Positions 1 through 11,922 of a stretch of DNA of 64,000 nt are shown piece after piece. Made by a program: the position numbers and the translations under genes. Location of the stretch: NCBI GenBank assembly GCA_010405405.1, contig MU004243.1, forward strand, positions 739,340 through 803,339, in the 5' to 3' direction. Each line of letters opens with the position of its first letter. Position 1 is the stretch's first letter. The DNA is from Microthyrium microscopicum. Taxonomy: Eukaryota. The notes under the pieces were generated by a model that was not told where the DNA came from, made no database searches, and saw nothing but the letters and a program-made list of their open reading frames with translations.

Positions 1-1119
1 AACTTGAGCGATGGCGCAGAAGGCTCACTGCAGGATTCGAGACGAGGTTAGTTGAAGATGATGATGGGGGATCGTGGAGGGGTACGCGAGTACAGAAAGC
101 TAAGGAGGTTGCAGGAACTGGAATGTGTAAGAGAACTAAATATATAGCTTGTGCAGCGTAAGTTTCTATAGACCTGTCGCTCGAGTGAAGTGACGGCTTG
201 CTTCGGTGACTATTTTAGAACGAGGTTGTAGAGCGAAGCAGAAGCCGATAAGCAAGTCAGTGACCGAGCTATACGTTAGTGCAAGAGCATTCCAAACCTT
301 GGCTGATAGCGATGAGGCTGGGTCTCACCTGGACGAGTTCTATCCGATTGAGGGGAGGAGCTTGAACGAGCCAATTTGGGGAATGAGAGGTTACATCGGG
401 CATCGCTGACAAAATAGCTAACACAAGTCGGTACGATCAGCTAGGCTGCCAGCTGGTAAGAGTTTAGATAGGAAAATTAGGTCACTGAAGTGATCAGGAT
501 AGAGTGATAAAATTGTCTACCTCTATATATTGTCAGCTATAAGGCTGGGGAGCATTCTGATTGGCCAATATTACCTTCCAATGCTACAATTGTACTGTAC
601 AGTACAATGTTGAAGGCCAACTCGTTAAATCCTAACTTGGCAGGCACTACTTATTACTTCAACTAGAGATAATAGCGGCGACTTGGTAACATCGTTTCAG
701 TGAGCTACTCTTCCCGTCCTATATGAATCTTTGGAGTGCAATTGCCATTTTCAACCCCGGATTTTGCAAAACTCTAGAATTATATCGCAAATAAAGCTGG
801 TTACTTGCAAGCAAGTCAACTGATTTACTGAACCCAAGGTAGATTATCAGACTCTGTAGAATCAATTGTCTCTCTTAAACGACAAGCACCCGTAGTTATC
901 CTACTCCAGAGTATCGTTGACGTTGAAAACTGTGGCGACAGGTTTTGCACAGCCACAATTCTAAATATAGATTCTATCTCGACCCCTTTTCCAGCATGTT
1001 AAGCTTCATTTTATTCTCCAACTGCAACCGAACATTTCCCAGCTCAGCGAAAGTGAACCGGCCTCATCATTGCAGAGTTTGCCTTTCACCCAGCATGGGT
1101 TTCCTAATCATCAATTATC

Positions 1120-3954
1120 ATGGCGACACACATCACCGCGCATCAAAACTTGCTGATACACTTCGCGTCCTCGCGCCTACGACTGGATCCCTGGATCCCG
1201 TCTGTTTATGCATGGACGCTTGAGGTGCTCGGCTTTTATCTACGGATGTGCAGCTTCCAGTCTCCTGTTGCAATGGCAAATGGTCCACTATCTCGTCCTA
1301 TGCTCCCAATGCTTCTCGTCGCTACCAAGCCAATCCGAACTCACATAATGTCAAACAAAGGCCGATTGAGCAATAACCAGGCATATAACGAGTCTATCAA
1401 CAGATTCTATTGTCTAATATTATGGCACATGCTCATACTAGCGCTTCATCATCAGTCATCGCCAATTGTTTCGATCCGACTCAACAGCTTTATAGACTGG
1501 CCTTACAAATCCACGATCGTATACTTCGTCATCAAAGTTTCTATTGTATCAGAGCTTGGTATCGCTTGGAAATATGAGCCAGTGGAGTCTGCTTTAAGAT
1601 TGTTTCACCGAACATATCGCTTGGTTCCATTTATGCTCAGACTTGTGTTTGGGGACATTGTTTGGTCCACTCCAGGTCATCTAGGCCCGCTCCTCGCGAA
1701 GGCAGCCACGATGACCGCTTTCTTCTATCTCAGCAGTTTTCTCTTCGAGGCGATTGGCAATTGCTTATCCATGTTATATCGAGGAGCGATTTACTTCGAC
1801 AGAAGAGAGTGGTACTGGCCAGTTTGGGAATTCGCAGTTTGCTTGAGCTGGTACGTTGGGCAGCAACTGAAGCCGTCGGAACTGTCGGAACATCTCGATA
1901 ATAGGACTCGGGCTTGTTCGAAACAATTCGAATACACGACTTTGCCAGCTGATAAAGACACCATTCGGTTACTGCTAATTCACCCAAGACCTCCCACGAG
2001 TCCGTTGAAATGCACGCTATTCGAGACAACCATTTCTTCTCTACCACAGTACGAGGCCATATCCTACTGCTGGGGAAAGCCGGAGCGTAATTCAGAAATA
2101 GTGGTAAACGACAGGCTGCTCAAAGTTCCTGCAAACGCGTTGGAAGTCCTGAAAAACCGAAGCTCAGTATGGGAGCCAAAACTGGTCTGGCTGGACTCGG
2201 TCTGCATCAACCAGCGCGACAGCGTGGAAAAAGGCCGGCAGGTTTTGTTGATGACGGAGATCTACGAGAAAGCATCGACCGTGTCTGTCGAGCTTTTGGG
2301 TACTCCAGATGAAGAAGCAATCATGAATGCGATGACCTATAAAGCAAGTCAGCTTGGCGTTTCACCAGATTGCATCGAATCAATATGGCAAATGGAGAGT
2401 GGAGTTAAACCACATAAGACGGCAGTCCTGAAAAGATTTATGGCGAATATAGCAGCAGACGTCTTTGAAGAGCTTTATCAATCTTACTGGCGATGCGAAA
2501 CGACACATGAACGCGATATGTACGATCGTTTTGCTCCATATCGATTGTCACTATCTTTTGACATATTTCGTCAAGTGCTATCCAATCCCTGGTTTGAGCG
2601 CATGTGGATTGTGCAAGAAGTCGCTCTGGCTAGAGGCATTCGAGTTCGATATGAAGGTATTGAAATTCCGTGGGATCACTTTATTGCTGTGTTCGATTTA
2701 ATAAACACTAAACATCGCACGACAAGCTTGCTTCTCATGGACGGCCTTGACATAAGCCCAGAAGGAGAGTTCACCACGGACAAGACGCATCGCCCTATTG
2801 CATCTGCTACTTTTGACGCAATAGCCGAGATACGGAGGAGGATTCAGAGCAAGGAAGAGCTTCGTCTCGTGGAGCTGCTCGAAAGATTGCGCATGTTCAA
2901 GGCTACCAATGACAGAGATAAGATTTTCGCAATTCATGGTCTCTGCTCCACAAAACCGAATCATCTCCTCGAACCTGATTACAGTAATTCCAGAACCGAT
3001 GAGAGCATTTTTATCAATGTAGCGGAGTGTCTCGTTGAGGAGGGCGACGCATCTAGAATGCTTGCGGCAGCTGGAACCCCATGTAGATCAAAAGCCAGCC
3101 CAAAAAGTCCAATGCTTATGTCAGGACACCTTGACCTCGTTCAATCGAGTACAGTCTCGGGGCCAAACGCTTATCTCCTGACGAAAGATCTAGTGCTCCC
3201 GTCATGGGTGCCAGACTGGACGAGAATGCCTGCGGCTGCTCAGCTGTCTTTTGTCGAAGAGTCTATCGACTATCGAGCAGGAGGCATAAGAAAAATGAAA
3301 GCTAAAGTCAAGAATGGAGTTCTACACCTTGAAGACGGGCATATATTTGATAACATTGTTGAGCTTTGCGATACTTGGGAATATCACACTATACTTGACG
3401 AAGCATGGGAACAATCTAGAATTGACAAAGCCTCGGATACGATCAGGTTATCCATCACTAAAATACTTGAATCTCCACTAGCCAAATCCCGGTATCAGGG
3501 GGACAAGCCATTGGAAGAAGCTTTCTGGAGAACTGCCGTCGGCAATCGAGTCTTCGAAACGAATGGGAGCCCGGCTCCACCCAACCTCTCCGATGGCTTC
3601 AACCAGTTTAAAAAATCTGTGTATGGCCCGGTCAAAGAATTGGCAGAAGCATGGGGCTGGAAGAATGACAGAGATCTTCACATGTCTTCTATGGCGTCCT
3701 TTCAGCGCGCTGTGCTTAAATGTTGGGGTGGTAGGAGGCTCTGCATTACATCACTGGGTTTCATTGGAGCTGTTCCTCCATCATCCGAGCTTGGTGATCA
3801 AATTGTCATTTTCGCTGGCATGCAGACTCCATCAGTTTTGCGAGGCATGGCAAAACATCAGCATCGATATCTGGGCGAATGCTACATTCATGGGATTATG
3901 AACGGCGAAATGCTGGGTCCTGTGTGCGACGGCCGTCATTTTGAAATAATATAA
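1120..3954 (+). CDS. HET-domain (heterokaryon incompatibility, het-6-like) protein with long hydrophobic N-terminal extension
   Basis: 944-aa ORF with YEAISYCWG, WLDSVCINQ..EKGRQV.LM.EIYEKA, WFERMWIVQE, ATNDRDKIFA, LPSWVPDW, C-terminal GECYIHGIMNGE. True start uncertain. Confidence 0.9.
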   Translation: MATHITAHQNLLIHFASSRLRLDPWIPSVYAWTLEVLGFYLRMCSFQSPVAMANGPLSRPMLPMLLVATKPIRTHIMSNKGRLSNNQAYNESINRFYCLILWHMLILALHHQSSPIVSIRLNSFIDWPYKSTIVYFVIKVSIVSELGIAWKYEPVESALRLFHRTYRLVPFMLRLVFGDIVWSTPGHLGPLLAKAATMTAFFYLSSFLFEAIGNCLSMLYRGAIYFDRREWYWPVWEFAVCLSWYVGQQLKPSELSEHLDNRTRACSKQFEYTTLPADKDTIRLLLIHPRPPTSPLKCTLFETTISSLPQYEAISYCWGKPERNSEIVVNDRLLKVPANALEVLKNRSSVWEPKLVWLDSVCINQRDSVEKGRQVLLMTEIYEKASTVSVELLGTPDEEAIMNAMTYKASQLGVSPDCIESIWQMESGVKPHKTAVLKRFMANIAADVFEELYQSYWRCETTHERDMYDRFAPYRLSLSFDIFRQVLSNPWFERMWIVQEVALARGIRVRYEGIEIPWDHFIAVFDLINTKHRTTSLLLMDGLDISPEGEFTTDKTHRPIASATFDAIAEIRRRIQSKEELRLVELLERLRMFKATNDRDKIFAIHGLCSTKPNHLLEPDYSNSRTDESIFINVAECLVEEGDASRMLAAAGTPCRSKASPKSPMLMSGHLDLVQSSTVSGPNAYLLTKDLVLPSWVPDWTRMPAAAQLSFVEESIDYRAGGIRKMKAKVKNGVLHLEDGHIFDNIVELCDTWEYHTILDEAWEQSRIDKASDTIRLSITKILESPLAKSRYQGDKPLEEAFWRTAVGNRVFETNGSPAPPNLSDGFNQFKKSVYGPVKELAEAWGWKNDRDLHMSSMASFQRAVLKCWGGRRLCITSLGFIGAVPPSSELGDQIVIFAGMQTPSVLRGMAKHQHRYLGECYIHGIMNGEMLGPVCDGRHFEII

Positions 3955-4274
3955 AAAGGCTGCGCACGCTAATGTCAGCACTACTAGCCAAAATTACTCA
4001 ATCTTTATATTAATACAACCGTAGAAAGACGCGAAATCAGGTGATGTGTCAATCGTTTAGCTCTGAAACAAACGAAGCCGCTACAGAGATAAGGCACTTG
4101 AAACAAAGCTCTATACAACTTGAGGCAAACAAATCGCTAACTCCATCTCTCAAATTCAACCAGTACCAAAGAATTTCAAAGTCAGTAGGAATACCACGAT
4201 CCTGTTTTATGCCATCAATAAACAAATAACCACGAAACTGTACTACCCAACAACACCGGCATCCATAGCTCACA

Positions 4275-4641
4275 ATGAAGGCCAGCTTCGTCATCTTCGC
4301 CGTCCTCCTCCAACTGGTCATAGTCTCAGCCGAGCACCAATGCGAGCAAGTTGCAAGGACTATTCCCCAATGCGCAGTAAGTTTACTTCAAATTGCCGCC
4401 TTTCACTGCTGACTACAAGGTGTTTCAGATTGATTGCATGGATCAGAATGCTCTGGATTCAGTTGGCTGCAAATCAGTCGACGACTACGAGTGTCTTTGT
4501 GATCAAGCTGGATGGCGGATAAAAAATGCGATTCAAGGTTGTGCGATTAGCAAATGTGGGATGGCTACGGCAAGTGGACTGTCGGATAAGGCGACGGAGT
4601 TATGCGACTGTGTCAAGCAGGCGAGGAAAGATGAGTTGTAA
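4275..4641 (+). CDS. Small signal-peptide CFEM-domain protein ending in KDEL
   Basis: ATG 4275; intron 4377-4428 (GTAAGT..GCTGAC..CAG). Spliced: MKASFVIFAVLLQLVIVSA-EHQCEQVARTIPQCAIDC..GCKSVDDYECLC..GCAISKC..ELCDCVKQARKDEL, matching CFEM Cys spacing. Confidence 0.85.
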
Positions 4642-5110
4642 AATTTGACTAGTTCTTAAATCGGTATTGATTTGATTTGACAAAGATTTGGAAAAGAAAA
4701 TACTGTTATTTTTGACATACAGTTGCTTGACATTATATCGTATGTTTGCAGGACAACGGCACTGCAAAGTGATTTTGGGAGGAAGCAAGGGTGCATGAGT
4801 ACCTAAGATAACTCTTTCTTTCAAGTTTTCTCCTTGGTGAAATAAACAATCACTCAATGTACATTTTCAGATGGGAAGAAGGCACGATGTTAGAATTTCT
4901 AATTGCCTAAGAGCTCATTGTTCATATTTCGGTTCCATCAAGTATAACATATTCGTGCTAAGAAGAGTGCACCCGGTAAATACAAAACATAGCAGCACGA
5001 TACCATTCTGAAATTCCTATTACTCAAGTCAGCTTCGACCAATCCCATGTGTGATTGGGCAGACTACCTGATGTTCTCGATATGAGATGGCAACTCTGGT
5101 GATGAGTCTA

Positions 5111-6192
5111 TCACTTTAGATGTTTCTGAATCACTCCCCGAAGGTTGTCCAGCGCCTCTTCCAGGCCCAAGTCCTCAAGTTCGCCGACTTGAGCGTAGAT
5201 AAGCATTTCGTGATACACGACCTTAGTCCGGTGTTGCCGTAGCTCTGTTCTAGCCCGTTTCACGTCATGAATCGCTTCGCTTTTGGGGGAAGCCAGAATT
5301 GATTGAAAACTCGGGTGCTTGCATTCACTCATGCCTTCCTATCTTTCTGTTAGTTTTGTTGTAGACTCCAGGATTCCTAATGACTTACCAACAATTGCAA
5401 CTGTGAACACAATTTGTGTTCCATATCTTCACTCTTGACTCGACTTTGGCGCAATACGTTATAGGCTACAAGCAAGCTTTTGAGCGCCTCCAGTCGAAGC
5501 CGGTCGGTCTCACTCATCTGTCGCTGGGGCTGTGACTGCTCATTGTCGGTCAATACTTGGGCTGCATTTCGTTCGCGTGAAGAAGTAGTGAGAGGTGGGC
5601 TTATTAGGTAGGACTCTGGACTCATTCTAATGCGCTTTGCTGGAGTTCTGTCTGAAGAGTCTCCTTCTTCATGGCCACCGGGTCCAAAACGGCGTTTAGC
5701 CTCACTTTCGTTTTCCAGGCTGTCGTATTTCTTCTGTTTCAAAGCTTTGATACGGGTTGTCCATGCTTTGATAGTGTACCGGACGCGGTTGCGCCTTGTA
5801 AGTTCATTTTCTGGTTCGTTCAACATTCTGGGGTCTTTATGTAGGCCAGTGAGATCCTCGACCTGAACTAGCTCAAAGCCTGGAAACCAAGTGACTTGGT
5901 CCCAAAACTTAGAGTTCAACTTGGAGCAAGTGTCAAAGCCATGTGGATGATTCACTGTCCACGGTCCGTCGTATCCTTCCAAGTACAGTCCAGGGTTGCG
6001 ACGCGCTGCGGTCGACGAACTTGGGTCACCCACATGGTCTTGCATCAGGACATAGCGGCCCCTCATTCTTTCGTGCGGATAGTTTTCGTTGAGATATCCA
6101 ATGGCCCAAAGCTCTGGGCGTTTTGCTTCTTGTCCTTGGAATTCAAAAACATCGCTTTGCATGTCTCGACCAAGATACCTGACGGACGTCAT
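5111..6192 (-). CDS. Hypothetical protein, basic NLS-like motifs and helical C-terminus
   Basis: ORFs 5377-6339 and 5111-5332 join in frame via intron 5339-5388 (GTAAGT..CTAAC..TAG); first ATG 6192; AKRRF, PAKRIR. Confidence 0.6.
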
Positions 6193-6862
6193 TGTGGAGA
6201 GTGAGAGACAAATGGATGCAAAGGCGTAGCTAGTTCGATCAAGAAGCTTGAAGTATTGTAAGGCACAGCAGGGTAAGCAAGGAGACCGCTGTTCGTCGAG
6301 CAGAGGCTGAGAAGGTGAAACTACTGAGATGTTCACCAATCGAGCGCAGGCTACCAGTAAGATAAGGAAATAGCAGCAATGCTGTTATCTCAGAGCAGAA
6401 TGAAGAGATGAGAAATGGAGGTAGAAATGCTGATCTGCTTTGATATTACGATGTACTTATAGGCACCAACTCATTCCAAGACAACACATGATCTGAATCC
6501 TGTGTGTGAAGTTGCTACCCGTCATCTGCCGTCGGCTGAGTGAGGTTTGTTTGTTCATGTGTAGAAGGGGCGACTGCATATGAGACAACTCGGCTGCTTG
6601 CAACTGCCAAAATTCCTATGAATAAAAGGGAGGGGCCTACAAACCCAATCTGGCCAGATCATCATCTCTACATCAACTTCACCGTATACGAGACACCAGC
6701 ACTTCTCACTTCATTTTTTCGGAGCTGCTACGCGATCTGTATCTACCTCCTGGGCATACGAGTTGGCATACGACAGGTAAAGTCGCCTGCAAAGGATTTT
6801 CCCATGTCAGTAACTTACCTTCTACGCAGCCGACCATCATTACCCAAGTCTGCTGCCCTTCG

Positions 6863-7281
6863 ATGATGCTCCCGCAACCCTCGTCAATGCTGAGCCACGC
6901 TCTTGACCAGTCTTTAGTGGCACTTGATCAACTGAACAAAAAGAGAAGACGAGATCACGACAACGAGGCTTCCCTTGAAGATGTAACAATCATCGACCAC
7001 CAGCGAGTTGAATGAAGCTGACCAGCATATAGGATGGTGAAGAGAATGCTTTCGGAAAGAAAGAGGCATACAAAAATATTATCGCCTTTGCGACCGATAT
7101 GAAAAGATTGCCGGAACTGAGCCAGAAAATTCACGAGCAGATCCTAGAATTCGACAAGAGAATTGAAAGCCTGGAAAAACTCCTGGAAGCCGAAAAGGGA
7201 TTTTACGAATCCTTTTATGAAGATTCCAGGGTGCCAGACGAAACAAAAGATTGTCAGTCGGGAAGCAACAACACCAGCTAG
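6863..7281 (+). CDS. Small hypothetical coiled-coil protein
   Basis: MMLPQ..KKRRRD exon, putative intron ~6983-7032 (GTAACA..CTGAC..TAG) in frame with ORF 7099-7281 (heptad-like ILEFDKRIESLEKLLE). Confidence 0.4.
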
Positions 7282-7599
7282 ATTTCGCCAAACAGTTCGA
7301 GACAGATGACTGTAAAATTTATTCTTTTCCATGCAAGGAAGGTGAGCGACAACGAGCTACCAGTCAGATCTTTCCCTCCTTCATGGAACAGTGGGAAAGC
7401 AGCACTAGCAAAACTATATCATGACTTGACGCATTTACGAATTATACACATATTGAGCAGAGGTCACTGTGAGAAAAAGGAATAGACTAGCCAACAAATA
7501 AAATCTCATTCGGATGGGAAACTATTCGCTTGCCCGGTACATCTATTAATCATGATCTACAAGCGCAATTCTCAAATTACTACCATGCAGGTTTCGATA

Positions 7600-8529
7600 T
7601 CAGAGAGTCGATGCAGTCGGCACTGCTTTATTGCCAGAGCCTTTCTTGTTACCAAGACTCTTCAAGATATCATCTACACTTAACGATCCGCCATTGTAAG
7701 GTAGTACATCTTTACTATCCAGTGAATAGTTCAATAGCGAGCCCTTGCCAGGAGTACCAGTACAATATGCCACGCCAGACTTGAGCTTGCAGTCAGAAGA
7801 TGGGTCGAGAGAACTACCAATTGTCATATATGTTAGTGCAGTATACAAAAAATTAGATATGATGGAGAAACATACGGATTCCAGGCCATAAAATCAGTCA
7901 TTTGTACCTGGAAAGTCCTGGCAATACCAGCACATCCACTGGCTCCACGAGACGCGAACCAATTCGTACAATCATTCGGTGCTCCCTTGCTCGTTTCGAA
8001 TCCCTTTCCTGGAGGAGGTATTGGCTTGAGGTGGAAGTTTATGTTGTCTACATCTGCGGGAGGTGCGACTTTGGCAGAAGGGTTTACGCCCATACAATAC
8101 CATTCGCCAGTGCCAGGGTGGAAACCGGAACAATCAACCTTGACAGATGGGTTCTTGAAGAATATGTTAGCTGCTGCGCGACATAAACTGGGAAGGAACT
8201 CTACCCAGGCGTAAAATTCCCGAGGTGATACTACGATATCCGGCTCTGATGTGATGATTGTTTCGCACGTTTCAACTTAGTAAAAATTAGCAGTAGTGAC
8301 CTTGACATTGGTAGCTGTCCGTTTTCGTGGTACTCACGACGAAATGGTTGGGCATAGTGAGCACATTCTTTCGTAGTATCCTTGGCATGATAGATGAATT
8401 CGCCAACTTGACGTTCTGTTGATATATTAGCGGGAACTGATAAGTAGTGGGATAAGTATGAAACCTACTTCCGATCGTGGTAGCGAGGCTTGCTCCACAA
8501 AGTAGAAAGCTACTCAATAACAACTTCAT
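7600..8529 (-). CDS. Secreted protein with two fungal-type LysM domains
   Basis: Four introns (8416-8468, 8276-8337, 8154-8204, 7814-7875) give signal peptide + KR + ETCETII..EFYAWNPSVKVDCSG..YC and GCAGIA..DFMAWNPSLDPSSDC..YC. Confidence 0.85.
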
Positions 8530-9238
8530 GCTTGCGAAGGACTCAGAGAATAGCTTTCTAATTTCCGTATCTTCTCAAAGAAATTGTTTTTGAAATAAGT
8601 ACTCGATGAGCCTTAAGCTCACAAGCTCTCCATAGCGATCAAGTAGGCTGATAGTTGGCTGATCGTAATTTCGTTATGTGCAGAGGTTTAGATTACACTC
8701 ATAAAAATCATGAAGCTAGTGCTATAGATTCTGATATTACGCACGGAGTATTCCGCATGCTTCATTGCAGTTACCCCGAAACTTTCAGGAATAGGGCTGA
8801 ATCGGTGTCGATCAGTGCTATCTTGAGCCAAAACTGCCTATTTTGTTCAGAATCTACCTAAATTGGCTGGACTGTCCAGATTGTATTTATTCGCCCCAAA
8901 GAATGGCAAACTCTGAGAATCGCAAACGTTGAATGGAGCATTGGTCTTTACACTGCTACGGGAGCGTTAACGTTGGAAAAACTATGTTCCAACGAGCCTG
9001 AATGCTTTACACATTACTTCCAGGACTGGGAGAACTTAAAAAGCAACTCCAAGGCTAGATACGCCCCTAGCTGTGTACTTGGTAGGTAAGATAATGGTAA
9101 TTCTGATTCCTATGGAGCTGTAGACTTGCGAAACCTTTTCTATATCATCTATCTGAAATACATGGTAGTAAACAATAAACTGACACAAAAATCCATCGTC
9201 GACCAGACACAAAGTACAAGTGAATTTTATTGGGTGTT

Positions 9239-9742
9239 CTAATTTTCAACGTAAACAGTTGTAGCATGCACTCTCCAGGTTGTACTTGGAGAAAACTTTT
9301 CCCAGTCCGTCGGTTTTCCTGTTCTAGTGAACTCCATATAAAGAGTAGAAGTCACCACTGGCATTTCAGAGGAGGCCGATGAGCTGAGCGTTATAATACT
9401 CCGAGTCGAGGTCGGCGTGGATGTCGATCCCCAACTTGGTTCGCTGCGGGTAGGGCGACCATCTTGACCCATTGTGTAGGTTTGAGTTATTGTTGGAGTG
9501 GGTTTGGTTCGCCAGGTCCAGCCATCTGCATCCACAGTAACTGTCTCAGTTTCATCCCGACGTCTTATCGCGGCTGGGGAGGACTGACTCTTTGGCCATC
9601 CGGTGAGTTGTCTGGCTTTAAAAGGATTTTGTTAGAACTGATTAGGTAGAAGCGTAAGCTTTGCTTGTTTACCTTGAACTTGACCAGCCTCTATTGCAGC
9701 GACCGCGATGCCACATAGGGGCAGTAGAAGAGATAGATGCAT
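9239..9742 (-). CDS. Small secreted Thr/Ser-rich protein
   Basis: MHLSLLLPLCGIAVAA signal; intron 9616-9672; in frame with T/S/P-rich ORF 9239-9535. Confidence 0.65.
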
Positions 9743-11922
9743 TTTTTGGAATAGACCACAATAGTCGCAATAGAAAGGAATTCCTACGCTCGCAGATAAA
9801 ACAGGAGTAAATTTGAACCTAGAAGTAGAGATTACAAAGGCGGAAATTGTATGAAATGGAAAGAAGCGAGAACTCGTCTGGTATCATTGCGCTCTCCCTG
9901 CTTAAATACCTAGACACCCCCGAAATGATTACAATTCGAGCAGAACAAGGCCATCATACTACCGACACTGTGCTCAATAGTGATATTGAATTTATGTCCG
10001 AGTCTTGGGGGCCAATCTTGCAAAGAACGGATAGATATTCTTTCGAAGGATTCATGCAAAGTTTCCATCTGTGGAACGCAGAGGTACGATGAGGTACGAT
10101 AGTATGTGAATCCTTCCGAAATATAAACAACATTACTCGTTGATTGTATCTGGCCAGGGAGACTTCAGAGCTTGACTCTGAGATTGATATGATTACCCGG
10201 CCATTTGAGTAAGCCAATGATAGCCTACTAGTGTTTTTGAACCTAAGTTTTCTTAATACGAACCCCTACTTCATGGATCTATACTGCGATCGTTGATATT
10301 GAAAGCATGGCGGATTGCCAGGGGTTTTCCTTTTTTTCCTCTACATGACAAGGCTATAGTTGCCGTGCAGGAAATTGTACTGCTATTCAATGTTCTTCGA
10401 GACTTACCCTGGATTCTAGAAGCAATATAATGAGTAGATAGTGGCTACTAAGTTATATTCGATAGTTGTCAGATAACCGGTCAATTTTGCACAAAGTTAC
10501 TGTTTGCTACCCGCAATTAGTGAATGTTTTGAATCCTCGATATCGTGGCCTCAACTTCTAACGAACTTGTACCTCGCACAAACTCTTGAGCTTTTTAATT
10601 TGGAACAGCAGTTTCAAAGCTTTGCCAACGATTTTGAGATTGGAGTATCAAGTAATGATCTCGCATTTTTCACTCAATTCTGTTGCAGCGTGCTTATGCG
10701 TATGTCGCTGTTCAAAATCTGCGCGCGAATCAAACCCATTTGGGAGCGAGGAAAACATCGTGGAATAGAAGTCAGCAAGCGCAGAACAGCAGGAAGGCCA
10801 GAAACCTGAACATCGTTGTCAACGTGCCATTGCTGTTAAGGAAGATAGAAATCTTCACATCAATCAGTACCCAATTCGCCAGATTGATCGGAAATAGACG
10901 TGCATATTGTAGAATTGAAAAGCAAGACACATTTCAGGCTGGAAGTTAGGAGAATTCGCAGTCTAGTCTAGTTCTATTCAGGTTAGCGGCCGTAGATCGG
11001 CTAGAATTGCTGTAACTTCAACTGTTCTCGCTCATATCAACCACTCTTTTTTAGCTTGAGGCTCTGCATCAACAAGAAACAGAATCCTTATTCTTTTCAC
11101 CAGAAATAAGGATAGATCGGCCTTCAATTAGCTCTGAGTGTCCATCGTGCCAAGATTGATATGGACAAACCGGGCAGCAAGATTGCGGTTTGTTGCTTCC
11201 CAACGTGGCTACAGTACTTTTGCATCGCGCCAAGAACTCATGGCTTGCATATTCTTACTTTATCCGGCCTCTTTTCGCTTAATATCCAAGGCGGGCCAAT
11301 TGACGAAAAGGCTCGGCGCGGGTGATGCAAGCTTTGGGACTGAATTTGAACGTTGCTTGTATCCTGCAGCGAGGCTCACGAAAAGTACTCAATCCGTGTC
11401 CCTTCTGATTCGACGGTTACGTTGAACTTGGACGTTCTATGATGCGTAAATTGGCCAAATGACACGGTAAATGAGTCCTGAAAAAGACGTCGCAAAAAGA
11501 AACTACACGCCAATGCTTCAACCTGAAGACTTGTTAACTCTCTCTCCGAATTCGACTACTAAAAGGTCTAGAAATGCTCCCACGTCTCTCATCAGGCTGA
11601 AGATAAGCTAGTCCTGCACCGACAGCAAGTGCAAAGCTTAGCTTTGGCTTCAAGGGTTCTAAGCCACCTTTTGCTTCTTCTTCCATTGCTTCATCCTTTC
11701 CCCGCCTCTTTGAAGCTCTTTTACAGGTCACTCTTCAAGAGTCGAATGCCGGATCGGTCATCGGGGTGGTTGGATACCATTAGGACAGTTTGGTGCCTGA
11801 CGCACATACAATCAGTCAATCGGCAGCAATGTACTATCATGTAGAACCCCATGCGCTCTTGTTCGTAGAATCTTTTTTAACTTTCTTCCTTCGCGTTTCC
11901 TCGCTGTCGATTCGGCACGCAA

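Noticed and set aside
9800..11900. Several short ORFs in a 2-kb intergenic region
   Set aside because: Non-ATG starts, no splice-consistent model or motifs.
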